The position numbers were made by a program, and so were the translations under genes. From positions 32,001 through 96,000 of the forward strand of contig CAVZIW010000012.1 of the NCBI GenBank assembly GCA_963775465.1: a DNA stretch of 64,000 nt, in the 5' to 3' direction. Numbering within the stretch: the stretch's first letter is position 1; every line of letters begins with the position of its first letter. Positions 39,418-49,833 of the stretch are shown piece by piece. This DNA is from Candidatus Bathyarchaeota archaeon. GTDB taxonomy: Archaea > Thermoproteota > Bathyarchaeia > Bathyarchaeales > Bathycorpusculaceae. A model generated the notes under the pieces. The model was not told the origin of the DNA. It did not search any database and saw nothing but the letters and a program-made list of their open reading frames with translations.

Positions 39418-40266
39418 ATGAAAGAAGATAAAGTTAAAAAACTTGTTAGAAACCGCTACGCGAAAGTTGCAAAGACCAATGGTTCTTGCTGCGCTTCAAG
39501 TATGAGCTGTTGCTCAGCATCTTCAAACGAGCAAGTTAGTAAAATGATCGGTTATAGCCAAGAAGAGATCAATGCCGTGCCGGAAGGTTCCAATCTTGGC
39601 TTGGGTTGTGGTAATCCTACTGCTTTGGCGTCTTTGAAAGAGGGTGAGAGAGTTCTTGATTTGGGTTCAGGAGCAGGGTTTGATTGTTTCTTAGCTGCTA
39701 AGAAAGTTGGCGAAAAAGGCAAAATAATAGGCGTAGATATGACACCTGAAATGCTCGACAAAGCTAGAGCTAATGCTAAAAAAGGAAAGTTTGAAAACGT
39801 TGAGTTTCGACTTGGAGAAATCGAAAATCTGCCTGCAGCTGACAACTCGGTTGATGTCATAATCTCAAACTGTGTGATCAACTTGGCACCGAATAAGAAG
39901 CGAGTTTTTGAAGAAGCTTTCAGAGTTCTTGCTCCAAAGGGGCGATTGATGGTTTCGGATATTGTTCTCTTGAATGCGTTGCCTACATCTATTCAAAATA
40001 ATGTTGAAGCCTACGCTGGATGCATATCTGGAGCCGTGCTTAAAGACAAATACCTCGAGTTAATCCGAAAAGCAGGATTTAGCGAAATTAAAGTATTAGA
40101 AGAAAAAACTTACCCGCTTGAATACATAATAAGTGAATCTACATTGAAAGAAGCTATTAAAATGGCAAAAATGACAGAAGATGAAGTTAAAAAAGCAGCC
40201 AACACCATTGTAAGCGTAAAAGTTTCAGCCATTAAAGGCGACTATCGAGAAATCGATGTAAAATAG
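39418..40266 (+). CDS. arsM: Arsenite methyltransferase
   Basis: N-terminal CC pairs, LGLGCGNP, LDLGSGAGFD, SNCVINL and GCISGA. Confidence 0.93.
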   Translation: MKEDKVKKLVRNRYAKVAKTNGSCCASSMSCCSASSNEQVSKMIGYSQEEINAVPEGSNLGLGCGNPTALASLKEGERVLDLGSGAGFDCFLAAKKVGEKGKIIGVDMTPEMLDKARANAKKGKFENVEFRLGEIENLPAADNSVDVIISNCVINLAPNKKRVFEEAFRVLAPKGRLMVSDIVLLNALPTSIQNNVEAYAGCISGAVLKDKYLELIRKAGFSEIKVLEEKTYPLEYIISESTLKEAIKMAKMTEDEVKKAANTIVSVKVSAIKGDYREIDVK

Positions 40267-40286
40267 GGTTTTGACAGGTGTTTATA

Positions 40287-40880
40287 ATGAGTCTTGATTG
40301 GAAAAAATGGACAAAAAACGACATTATCTTTGGAATAATTCTTCCCGTAGTAGCAGTTTTCGTGATTGTATTAATTTCAAAACTTCAGTCGATAGTCGGT
40401 GGAGAAGTTGGAATCGTTTTTGGACTAACGATGGAAATACTGGAACTTGTAGTCATAGTCGGTGTACCCTTAGCCCTTGGCTTACTATGGAATCAATGGG
40501 CAGGAGGAGCTTCAGGCTTCCTAATGGGTACATTCTACGCATTGTACTGGGCTAACAGTTTCCACGGAATCTCAGGTTCCGGCACAGTTTTGATGGCCTA
40601 TATACTTAGCCCCATGTTAATCGGCTACATGGCTGGTGCATTGAACAAGCGGTCAGACAACTTCAAAAGATTGTTAATTTCCGGCGTTGTATCTTCCGCA
40701 ATCGGAGGGATAGTACTGTTCACCATATTCCAAATGTCTACGGCAAATGTGGTAACGGGCACAGTTGGATTTGCCCTGACTGTTTTAGCACGTATAATTG
40801 CTGCCGTTCTCACAGTAGTTGTTGTTAAAGTATTCTTCTGGTATGGCATGGGTAAAAATAAAAACCCAAATATTTCTTAG
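40287..40880 (+). CDS. Hypothetical membrane protein (about 6 TM)
   Basis: Hydrophobic helices; WAGGASGFL.G and IGY.AGAL motifs. Confidence 0.7.
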   Translation: MSLDWKKWTKNDIIFGIILPVVAVFVIVLISKLQSIVGGEVGIVFGLTMEILELVVIVGVPLALGLLWNQWAGGASGFLMGTFYALYWANSFHGISGSGTVLMAYILSPMLIGYMAGALNKRSDNFKRLLISGVVSSAIGGIVLFTIFQMSTANVVTGTVGFALTVLARIIAAVLTVVVVKVFFWYGMGKNKNPNIS

Positions 40881-41031
40881 CCTTTTCATTTTCTGGAAAT
40901 CGTTTTTTCACATTTGCAAGTTTCAAATTCGGGGTAGAAGTCTGGATTTTTAAAATGTTGAAAAGACGCTATAGATTAGGCTTTGGCTGTTATGGCAACT
41001 AGAGTAGTTTTACTGGTTTAACGTGTTTTGC

Positions 41032-42459
41032 CTATAGGTTCATGTGTTCGTGAAGTACGTGATGGTATTGTTCAGGGGTCATCAGAGAGCGAAAGGCGTT
41101 TGAAACCACCTCGCTTAATGAAGGGTGAATGTGCATCGCATTGTTGAGCGGTTCTGAACTTTGGTCAGAGGTGTACATCAAGTTAATTATCTCCTGAATT
41201 AACACCGAGGCTTGAGGACCAATGATGTGTGCACCGAGGATTTTTCCCGTGTTTCTTTCTAAAAGAACTTTCACAAACTCGTCTTCTAGCGCCATTGCTT
41301 CACCTTTAGCAGTGTCTGCATACTTGTGGAAGCCGATTAGTAAATTGTCTTTGCCGTATTTTTCGATAGCTTCGGACTGTTTAAGACCTACACTGGCGAT
41401 TTCAGGTTCGGTAAAGACAGCGTGAGGAACGGCGTGATAGTCAACTGATGTTTTGTTCTTGAGGATAGCATTGTAATATACTATTTGTGATTCATAGTTT
41501 GCAACGTGTTTGAACATGTATTTTCCGTTTGCATCACCCATAGCCCAGATATTTGGCTGGGTAGTTTCGAGAAAATCATTCACAATAATGAAGCCTTTTT
41601 CATCGGTTTTAATTCCCGCTTTCTCAGGATGTAGAAGTGCCGCATTTGATTTGCGCCCTACGGCTACGAAAAGCTCTTCTGCAACTATTTCGGTTTCTTT
41701 CTTGTTTTCTGTGTTGGTTGCAGTTATCTTCTTTTTGCCGTCGGAGGTTTTTTGGGTTTTTCGTACGTCATGGCCAGTTAGTATGGTTAACCTTTTTTGA
41801 AGTTCTCTTTTGACCAGTGAGGAGATTTCTGGTTCTTCTTCGGGGATGAATTGTTTGTTTCTTCCAATTATTGTGACTTTGCAGCCCATTCCAGATAAGA
41901 AATGTCCATATTCGGCTGCGATGTAGCCTCCTCCTATGATAGCGATGCTATTTGGAAGGTTTTTTAGTTGAAGTATGGTGTCGCTTGTCAGGTAGCCTGT
42001 CTCCTCCAACCCTTCCATATTCGGAATTGACGGTCGTGAACCTATTGAAAGGAAAAACATTTTTGAGGTTATGGTTTCATGACCAACTTTTAGGGTGTAT
42101 GGGGAGACGAATTCAGCTGTTGTTGTGTAGTAATCTACGTTTTCAGTTTGTTTTAGCCCGTTTCTGATCATGTTTATGTCTTTGTTTATTAGAGATCGCA
42201 TTCTTTCTAAGACATATTCTGAGTCTATCTTTTTGATTTCAACATGGATTCCGAATTCTTTGGCCTTCTGAATGATTCTGACTACATCCGCAGGGTAAAT
42301 TAGTAGTTTTGATGGGATACAACCTTTGGTTAGACAGATACCTCCAGGTTCATCTTTGTCGATTACAGCGATTTTCGCATTATGGTTACCCTGTAAAAAA
42401 GCGTTGGCTAGCTCCATACCTGAACCTGTTCCAATGACAATTAAATCGTACTTCTTCAA
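41032..42459 (-). CDS. lpdA: Dihydrolipoyl dehydrogenase-family disulfide oxidoreductase
   Basis: GTGSG, GGICLTKGCIPSK redox disulfide, GGGYIAAE and HPSLSE. Confidence 0.85.
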   Translation of the reverse strand: MKKYDLIVIGTGSGMELANAFLQGNHNAKIAVIDKDEPGGICLTKGCIPSKLLIYPADVVRIIQKAKEFGIHVEIKKIDSEYVLERMRSLINKDINMIRNGLKQTENVDYYTTTAEFVSPYTLKVGHETITSKMFFLSIGSRPSIPNMEGLEETGYLTSDTILQLKNLPNSIAIIGGGYIAAEYGHFLSGMGCKVTIIGRNKQFIPEEEPEISSLVKRELQKRLTILTGHDVRKTQKTSDGKKKITATNTENKKETEIVAEELFVAVGRKSNAALLHPEKAGIKTDEKGFIIVNDFLETTQPNIWAMGDANGKYMFKHVANYESQIVYYNAILKNKTSVDYHAVPHAVFTEPEIASVGLKQSEAIEKYGKDNLLIGFHKYADTAKGEAMALEDEFVKVLLERNTGKILGAHIIGPQASVLIQEIINLMYTSDQSSEPLNNAMHIHPSLSEVVSNAFRSLMTPEQYHHVLHEHMNL

Positions 42460-42582
42460 AACAACTACACCAGTTAGAAAGTAGGAGGATTGCACCTTAA
42501 AGCAGTTTCTAGTAGCAGATCTTCACAGGGAAAAAGAAAAAAATTTTGATTTCGGCTGTTACAAAAAAGTTAAGGCACCATT

Positions 42583-43068
42583 TTATTTAACAATTAACAC
42601 AGCGCATTTTGCTTGATGTGCGATTCTTTCGCTTGAGCTACCGAGAAAGAATTCGTTAATTGCGCCATCTCCCCTGTGCCCCATAACTATTAGGTCAAAT
42701 TTGCCGTCTGTTGCAGTTTCAAGTATCTGAGAAGATATTTTTCCGTCTTTAAGTTCTGTGTAGATTTTGAGATCGGGTTTAAGTTTAAGAGCTCTTTTAG
42801 CTGCGTTGGATAGAATTGTTTCGTGTGTTTTTCGAAGGTCGTTGACAAAGGATGCAGCATTTGGTTGGTTTCCCATCGGTTCTTGAGGATAACCAGCCGC
42901 TGTAACTGGGAAAAACATATTTGGCTGATAGTCATATTCTGGGGGGCGTTGAAAAACGTTGAGGATTAGAATAGATGCAGAAAACTTTTCAGCGATTTCA
43001 AGAGCGTAATCTAGGGCTTTTTCTGAAGATTTAGAACCATCTACTGGCACAAGAATTTTCGTTATCAA
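42583..43068 (-). CDS. Universal stress protein
   Basis: ILVPVDGS, DLIVMGHRG..LGSSSE motifs. Confidence 0.93.
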   Translation of the reverse strand: MITKILVPVDGSKSSEKALDYALEIAEKFSASILILNVFQRPPEYDYQPNMFFPVTAAGYPQEPMGNQPNAASFVNDLRKTHETILSNAAKRALKLKPDLKIYTELKDGKISSQILETATDGKFDLIVMGHRGDGAINEFFLGSSSERIAHQAKCAVLIVK

Positions 43069-43214
43069 TGATGTTTCCCTCTAAGTTTAATTTGTTTTTG
43101 AAGTTGATAGGTTTTTCGAATTTTAGTTTTTTGAACGATTAATTTTGTTAAAAGAAAGGACCAATAATGTTAATCATGTTTGTTTTTTTTCGCCTGGAAT
43201 AATAAATCATAGGG

Positions 43215-43673
43215 TCACCGTTTTTTGGTTCGCCACGTTAATCCACTGAAGATTGTGAGTGCTAAAAGAACCACAAAAAGCGCCGATTTGATGATTGTGA
43301 AATCTTGGACTGCAGAGTAAAAGGCGAATGCTGCTGGAAATGCCCCGATAAACAGAGTGAAGAATATTGCAGTGGGCAGTTTGTAGCTATATTTGTAGTC
43401 TTTGAGTATGCGTTTGCCAAAGTATAATGCTGCTAAGCGACCCATTCCATGAGTGCATTTAATGCAGTTGTAGCATGGACGCAGGCACCCAACAAGGTGC
43501 AGTACACCATAGATTGCGATCAGTTCAACTATAAGAAAAACTATACCAATCGTTATGTCGTATAGTAGAAAAGCGGCGGCGTCAAGAACAATCCAAACTG
43601 CAAGGGCTATGTTGCCATATAGAACCAATTTCTTGGGAAAAAAGATTGGTCGACCGGTTTTTTCGTTTGCCAT
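43215..43673 (-). CDS. Four-TM membrane protein with a Cys cluster
   Basis: CLRPCYNCIKCTHG between TM pairs. Confidence 0.65.
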   Translation of the reverse strand: MANEKTGRPIFFPKKLVLYGNIALAVWIVLDAAAFLLYDITIGIVFLIVELIAIYGVLHLVGCLRPCYNCIKCTHGMGRLAALYFGKRILKDYKYSYKLPTAIFFTLFIGAFPAAFAFYSAVQDFTIIKSALFVVLLALTIFSGLTWRTKKR

Positions 43674-43816
43674 GCGAGCCTATTGCAGCGGATCGAATAT
43701 AAGGTTTCTTCAGTCCACCATCTTATAGCATGCTTATAGCGTAATGGGAATCTTGTGGTTTTTTCATTGAAAGCATTAAGTGTCGGCTAGATTGTTTCTG
43801 TTGTTCAAATTTAGGG

Positions 43817-44422
43817 TTAAATCTTTTGATGGTTAACTGTGGGAATACAGATCAACTCATAATGGTATGGTCCTGCTTCAACTTGGTTAATTACAGAGAA
43901 GCCGTTTTCTGCAAGAACCCGGGTGGCTTCATTTTCCGAGAGGCGACCTTTAAATGGTGGTCCATATTCTGTTTGGATCTTCTTCCAGTCTACATCGACA
44001 ATGTAGGCGGTGGGTTTAGATATGCGTCTAACTTCTCGGAAGAACGCTTTCTTGTCCTCGATCTCATGTAAGACGTTGGCGAATAGGATAATATCGACAG
44101 ATTCTTTAGAAATTTCTGTATGGCATACATCATTCTTTACTATTTTTATGATTTTGGAGTTTACATTTGACTTGGCAATATTTTCTTTTAAACCATTTAG
44201 CATCGTCTGGTTGCTATCGACGGCATATACGAGACCTTTTTCTCCTGTTACTTGAGCCATTGGTATAGTAAAGAAACCAGGTCCTGAACCCAGATCTGCT
44301 ATGGTCATTCCTTTCTTAATTTCTATCTCTTTTAGAATGGTTTCGGGACTATGCCATTGCTTTCTTTCTTCGGACATTAAGAATTTGACACGGTCAACAT
44401 GATTGGCAATATGATGTTCCAT
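43817..44422 (-). CDS. Class I SAM-dependent methyltransferase
   Basis: ADLGSGPGFF, YAVD, NVLHE and DW..GPP motifs. Confidence 0.9.
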   Translation of the reverse strand: MEHHIANHVDRVKFLMSEERKQWHSPETILKEIEIKKGMTIADLGSGPGFFTIPMAQVTGEKGLVYAVDSNQTMLNGLKENIAKSNVNSKIIKIVKNDVCHTEISKESVDIILFANVLHEIEDKKAFFREVRRISKPTAYIVDVDWKKIQTEYGPPFKGRLSENEATRVLAENGFSVINQVEAGPYHYELICIPTVNHQKI

Positions 44423-44532
44423 TGTTATCTCCTCATCCGATTAGGTTGATGTACGCTGTTTGAAGAACAAATCTATTTAGAGATCTATAATTGTAGTGTC
44501 ATCTTGCTAAGCAAGAATGTTAATTTCTATCA

Positions 44533-45015
44533 CTAGTCTAGTTTTTGATCGGCCTTAAATTCTATTTTTCCACATTTTGGGCAAAGAAAAATGATTGCAG
44601 ACAATACTTCCTCACCTAGTTTTTTCGAGGCATCGTCAGATACTTTTTGATTGGGACCTTCCCATTCATCGATTCTAAACTTGGTTCTAGCTTGGGACAT
44701 CTCCATATTGCATAGAGTACAAAAAGCAACCTTAGAATTTTTGCCTTGATCTACTTCGGTTTTTTCATTTCTGGTAGATGTGCTTTTAATTTCAGCATTT
44801 TCATTCGCAATTTGTTGGGATTCATTGTTAACATTTCCTAGAAATTGGCAGGGATTAGGGCAATCGAACACGAACATGCAAAGGTAGCAACATGTTGCTT
44901 TCTCGCTATTTTTGCATCGAACTTGCCTAGCAGCCTTTGCTTTTTCACTCCCAGAAACAGCTAGACATAATTTATCGCTTGTTAAATATTCGCAGCTATT
45001 GGCTAAGTTTGACAA
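44533..45015 (-). CDS. Cys-rich double zinc-binding hypothetical protein
   Basis: N-terminal 8-Cys cluster and C-terminal CTLC..CPKCGKIEF. Start reset to TTG 45015 because the longer ORF runs through tRNA-Val. Confidence 0.65.
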   Translation of the reverse strand: MSNLANSCEYLTSDKLCLAVSGSEKAKAARQVRCKNSEKATCCYLCMFVFDCPNPCQFLGNVNNESQQIANENAEIKSTSTRNEKTEVDQGKNSKVAFCTLCNMEMSQARTKFRIDEWEGPNQKVSDDASKKLGEEVLSAIIFLCPKCGKIEFKADQKLD

Positions 45016-45139
45016 GATGTCTCCACCTGCTTTACAATCAATGTTGCAAGTTTTGCCTATTTGTGTTATGGTAAAAATCTTGTGGAATATCGCAAAAATT
45101 GGAAAAATAAATCTAATATGCCAACTTAGCGTTATAAAG

Positions 45140-45214
45140 TGGGCCGAGCCGGACTTGAACCGGCGACCTTTGGCTCGTAAAGCCAACGTCCTAACCAGGC
45201 TAGACGACCGGCCC
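45140..45214 (-). tRNA. tRNA-Val(TAC), intronless
   Basis: GGGCCGG..TTGGC-TTTACGA-GCCAA..GGTTCAAGTCC..TCGGCCCA cloverleaf. Confidence 0.97.
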
Positions 45215-45268
45215 ACGGGTGTTTGATAAGAGACAACATTGATTAATATTAGAATTTTGTTTCTCAAG

Positions 45269-46537
45269 TTACTTATTACTTGAATTCGAACTACAAACAC
45301 GGACTTGCCTATGGAAAATCTGACTCTTCAGCACTCCTGGAGTTGAAATCGTGATAATCATTTTTCCTGTGTTTTTTCTCCAGTTTGCAAGGAACAGCAC
45401 AGTCAAAATAGCACATGTTATGCCCGCAGTTAGAAATACCCCACTGAAACTAAACGCTGAAAAGATTGGGTTAAAAATGATGGGCGGCAAAAACTGGCCG
45501 ATAAAAAGGAATGTTGTAAGGTAGGATATCATTCTACCTCGGACACATGTTTTGGTTAGTTCACCCACCCAAAGATTTAGGGTAGGCATAACCATTCCTT
45601 GACCTACCCCAAATAGCACCATCATGACTAACACGGTTAATATGCTAATATCTTGAGATAAAAGGATCAAACCAAAAGTCCATATGGCGAGCCCAACAAA
45701 TGCAATAACGTTATATGAGAAATTGGATTTTATTTTTTTATACATAAGAGCGCTTATTGCTGCGGCAAGTCCCATGACTCCAATAAATAAGCTTATGATT
45801 AAACTGTTGTTGATAGCAAAGGTCCTAGCTAAAAGCTGAGGGATGAATGTTACATTTGTGTATAGTAAGACCATCATCCATAAACCCAAACCATAAACTG
45901 CAAAGATGAATGGTCTCTGTTTAATTGTCTGGACCACTGAAACGTTATCTTTGGTTTGGGTTTCGAGTTTTCTAATGTCAGAGACGTCTGGTATGATGAG
46001 CCATGCAAGCAGACCTATTGGGATACCGGTCAAATATATTCCAAATGGCAAATTCCAAGCTAATACTCCCAATGCGCCTCCTAAAAGCGGCCAAATTATT
46101 CCCCCAATTGAAGCTGTGCTAGCTTGCCAGCCCATGATTTTACTGCATTCTTCACCTTTGTAGGCATTCAGAATCAATATTACAAGTGGATTTGCTATCG
46201 CAGCTACAGCAATGCCAAGAAGAGCTCGGCTAATTATCATCGTTGTTATATCTGTAACGAAAAGGCCTGAAGCTCCAGCGATACCGTAAAGTATTAGACC
46301 ACACGCGAAGGGTTTTTTGGCGCCTATTCTGTCGATTATTGTTCCGAAAATGGGACTAAAAATTGCGATAAATAGGGCGTGCGTGGTTATAACAAACCGG
46401 ATATTATTCTCATCAGCCCCCTGCAGGTTTCCCTGCATCAAACTTATGACTGGGGAAATGATTGCCCCGGCCATAACAGTTAAGGTACCGGCTGCTAAGA
46501 TGATGAATAACGCTTTTTTCTTGGTTGCTTCACTCAT
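45269..46537 (-). CDS. MFS transporter
   Basis: G..IDRIGAK motif A, RALLG and about 12 TM helices. Confidence 0.92.
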   Translation of the reverse strand: MSEATKKKALFIILAAGTLTVMAGAIISPVISLMQGNLQGADENNIRFVITTHALFIAIFSPIFGTIIDRIGAKKPFACGLILYGIAGASGLFVTDITTMIISRALLGIAVAAIANPLVILILNAYKGEECSKIMGWQASTASIGGIIWPLLGGALGVLAWNLPFGIYLTGIPIGLLAWLIIPDVSDIRKLETQTKDNVSVVQTIKQRPFIFAVYGLGLWMMVLLYTNVTFIPQLLARTFAINNSLIISLFIGVMGLAAAISALMYKKIKSNFSYNVIAFVGLAIWTFGLILLSQDISILTVLVMMVLFGVGQGMVMPTLNLWVGELTKTCVRGRMISYLTTFLFIGQFLPPIIFNPIFSAFSFSGVFLTAGITCAILTVLFLANWRKNTGKMIITISTPGVLKSQIFHRQVRVCSSNSSNK

Positions 46538-46723
46538 TTGATAGAGTTCCAGTTTTTCTTTTGTTGCTGTAATGTTTTTTCATCTGTATAAGCAACCGTA
46601 CTAGAAGACCTTTTCGTTCTTCAGTTAAATTCTTGATATTGAGGAAGAGATCTGTGAAATTTGTTAAATCGACTGTTAAATTCATAAGGGATCAAAACAA
46701 AAGTCGTTAATGGAGTAATTGAA

Positions 46724-47503
46724 TTGAAGATCTTGATATGCGGTAAAGGTGGTAGCGGAAAAAGTACGGTTGCGGCTGTTTTAGCCAAAAGCTTGCAGAA
46801 TGAAGGTTATCGTGTACTTGTTGTAGATGCTGATGAGTCAAATTATGGTCTTAGTGCGCAGCTGGGTCTTGTAGCGCCTAGGGAGTTGATGGAGCAGATA
46901 GGTGGGAAGAAGTCTGTGCAGGGCAAAATGGGTAGAGTGCTAGGTGATGGTCATAAAGCGCCTGTTTTTACTGAATTGTGGGGCATCGAGGATATTCCGT
47001 CTGAGGTTGTTTCAAAAAAAGACAACTTATACTTGGTGCAGATTGGAAAGGTCAAGCATTATGGTGAGGGGTGCGCTTGTCCTATGGGTGTGTTATCGAA
47101 AGATTTCCTTAATCATTTAACGTTGGGTCCAAAGGATGTTGCTATCATCGATACTGAAGCTGGAGTTGAGCATTTAGGGCGAGGCTTAGCTGGAGCTGTG
47201 GATCTTATTTTCGGAGTCATCGATCCCTCTTATGAGTCTATTATGTTGTCTGAAAAAATCTTGGATATGGCAAGAGAAAGCAAAAAACCAATACGCTTTA
47301 TCCTAAACAGAGTCGATAGCAACCTTGCAGACAGAATTTTAGTTAAAGTTGGGAAGGAAAAGGTCATTGGGGTGTTGCCGTTTAGTAGATCTGTGCAGGA
47401 AAAAGGTTTAGTGGGTGAAGCGTTAGATCCGCAGTCGCTAAATATTGATGCCGTGAAAAGTTTTGTCCTTGAGGCTCTACATGGGGTAAGTTCTGTTTTT
47501 TAA
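46724..47503 (+). CDS. cooC: CooC-like nickel-insertion ATPase
   Basis: GKGGSGKST, DAD, GEGCACP and DTEAGVEHLGRG motifs. Confidence 0.85.
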   Translation: MKILICGKGGSGKSTVAAVLAKSLQNEGYRVLVVDADESNYGLSAQLGLVAPRELMEQIGGKKSVQGKMGRVLGDGHKAPVFTELWGIEDIPSEVVSKKDNLYLVQIGKVKHYGEGCACPMGVLSKDFLNHLTLGPKDVAIIDTEAGVEHLGRGLAGAVDLIFGVIDPSYESIMLSEKILDMARESKKPIRFILNRVDSNLADRILVKVGKEKVIGVLPFSRSVQEKGLVGEALDPQSLNIDAVKSFVLEALHGVSSVF

Positions 47504-47739
47504 GTCGTTGCTCTTCGTTAAAATCTTGCCCTAATAAATTAATTACTATTTTCTCTATGTTTTTTAGTGATTCTTGAGCTTTGCGAGTCTTGAGCAAATT
47601 CTTGTTTGCGGTAGCTAGTTTGCGGTTTTCCAGTTCTGCTCCGAATCTAACATCTACAATCGTTAGAGCCTAAATCCGCCGAGAGCTCTTTGAGAACCTA
47701 TTTATCAGACAGATGTCAAAGTTATTTGAGGTAGAATGT

Positions 47740-47943
47740 ATGCCGATAGTTCAAGTTTCTGTCTGGGAAGGAATAACTTCTGAAAACAAGAAGAAAGCCG
47801 TTGAAGGAATAACTAAAGTTTTTGAAGATATGGGTGTACCTAGAGAAGCAGTCCATATAGTAATATATGAAGAGCCAAAAGGTAATTGGGCAACAGGCGG
47901 AGTGTTGCATTCAGAGAAACATGCCCAAACACCCTCACTATAA
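47740..47943 (+). CDS. 4-oxalocrotonate tautomerase family protein
   Basis: Catalytic Pro1 (MPIV), V.IVI.E....W..GG; GAGGT Shine-Dalgarno before ATG 47740. Confidence 0.9.
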   Translation: MPIVQVSVWEGITSENKKKAVEGITKVFEDMGVPREAVHIVIYEEPKGNWATGGVLHSEKHAQTPSL

Positions 47944-48038
47944 TCTGGAGCAGTTTGAGGTTTCAAATTAATCAGTTTCTTTTTGCTTTTTCTTAGAGTA
48001 TCGGATAGCGTGTGCGCAGGCACAGTTTGGTCGAATGT

Positions 48039-49011
48039 TTAATCGGTTTGACTTTGCTTCGGAGGCTGCCTGTCTTTGAAGAGCAGCGGCAACCCCACCA
48101 GTGGAATTGACAGTAGCCACAAGTTAAGGTTAGCCCAGGAACCATAGGTACCAGTAGCTCCAGGTTTCAGGTTTTCCGAAAGAGACCCATGAGAGATAAT
48201 TCCAAAGCCAAAACAATCCCAAAACAGTGATTATAGCGCCAGTTGTACGAATTTCAAGTTTTTCCACGTTTTGTGTTCTTATAGTTTTTTTTGCGAAATA
48301 GGCTGTAAAAATTGTCAGTGCAAGCATTCCAAATGAGGTTAAAATGAAACTGAGTAGATTTTCTGGGTAGGATGTTAAATATTGGATTCCTTGTCGCAGT
48401 ATGGTTGATATCCATATAGCTGTACTCGTGAGCCAGAACACTAAAATGTAAATTGTTCCCGCAATCAAAGCCCATTTTATTGCTCCCTTGACTTGTTTGT
48501 TCGGTTTCAATTCATGGGATAATTTGAACAAGACAGCGGGGATAACAATGGATTCTACGAGTAGGGGTACTTCATAAATTAGTAGGGAAACAAAGATGGG
48601 TAGAGTTGAGATGTGGCCATTAGCGCGCCATATGGTAAAACCAAACGTAGATGTCAAGGTCAGAACTGCTGTAGTTAACAGTCCTAGCCAGTATATTGCT
48701 TCCCCAAACAAAACTAGCCTAATTAGCTTCTTTATTGTTCTTGTCGGGAGACCTTTCTTTGCAAAGTAGAGTATAGCTCCTGCTAAGGCGATTGCGCTGG
48801 CTGCAAGTCTGAAGGCAACTCCGATGGCTGCAGAAATGTCCTCAGCAAAGATGATAGATCGCAGGGAGCCGTTGAAAGATTCCCATTCGCCAACCCAAGA
48901 AAGAGTAAACATTGCGTGGAATGTAAAAAGAAAGTAGGCTAATGCGGTGATAAGCAACCCGATTTTTAGCGGAGAGTAGAAGTTTGGATTTGGCATAGTG
49001 TTTAAAGACAA
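48039..49011 (-). pseudogene. Multi-TM membrane protein, frameshifted near 48132
   Basis: After WFLG the hydrophobic tail NLNLWLLSIPLVGLPLLFK continues in the +1 frame to TAA 48039. Confidence 0.65.
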
Positions 49012-49141
49012 TTAGAAGGTAATTTGCTTTTATTTTTTTGGTTGTGGTGAGGTGTTGGGATTTGATTCTGGTGCGATTGTTTCCTGACGGTATGGATATG
49101 TTCATTTCTAATGTGACTATGGCGAAAGTAAGAGTAGTGAT

Positions 49142-49753
49142 TTAGACTTTTAGTGAGGCGCGGAATCCTCTAACGCTGTAGAAAGAGGGTGCGCTGTTAT
49201 GGTACACGAAGACATGGCCGTAGCGGCGATCGGCAAATAGGGCTCCGCCGAGTTTTCTAATGTCGGAAGGTGTTTTTATCCAGCTTTGGGTTTTTTTATC
49301 GAATTCGCCGAGTTTCTGCAACTCTCGATATTGTTCTTCTCCTAAAAGCTCAATACCCATGGAGGCTGCCATGCCAACAGCGTTACCTTCTGAATGCACA
49401 CCTTTCTTTTCTCTCTCTTGCTGCGCTTCATGGTCGTAGCAAACATTTCTGCGTCCTTTTGGGCTTTCCTCTGAACAATCGTAAAAAATGAATTCATCTG
49501 TCTTTTTGTCAAAACCGATAATGTCTGGTTCACCGCCAGTTCGCTCCATTTCACTAAGTGACCACAGTTTTTCAAGATTATCGTTTAGCTTTTTTTGTAC
49601 TTTGGACCATTCAAGACTTTGATGACGGTTCATGTTTTTATCAAAACGTGCTTTTAATGCGTTGAGTAGTTCTTCACGTTGTTGGGGTGTTTGTTCTTTT
49701 TTTAATTTAGCTGAAGAATTGTTCATAGTGATAGTGTTCTTTGGGGGTTTCAT
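49142..49753 (-). CDS. DUF4256 family protein
   Basis: RF..NM.RH, MERTGGEPD, ESPKGRR..CYD and RKLGGALF.DRRY motifs. Confidence 0.88.
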   Translation of the reverse strand: MKPPKNTITMNNSSAKLKKEQTPQQREELLNALKARFDKNMNRHQSLEWSKVQKKLNDNLEKLWSLSEMERTGGEPDIIGFDKKTDEFIFYDCSEESPKGRRNVCYDHEAQQEREKKGVHSEGNAVGMAASMGIELLGEEQYRELQKLGEFDKKTQSWIKTPSDIRKLGGALFADRRYGHVFVYHNSAPSFYSVRGFRASLKV

Positions 49754-49833
49754 AAGATTTTCTGCGGAGGGATTTGGAGGGGCTGATATCTGTCGTTGCT
49801 TTGTATGAGAAAATTTGGCTGGCGGCTGTGGAT

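Noticed and set aside
44533-45300. 255-aa ORF in the track
   Set aside because: Its 5' part reads through tRNA-Val. The plausible gene starts at about 45015.
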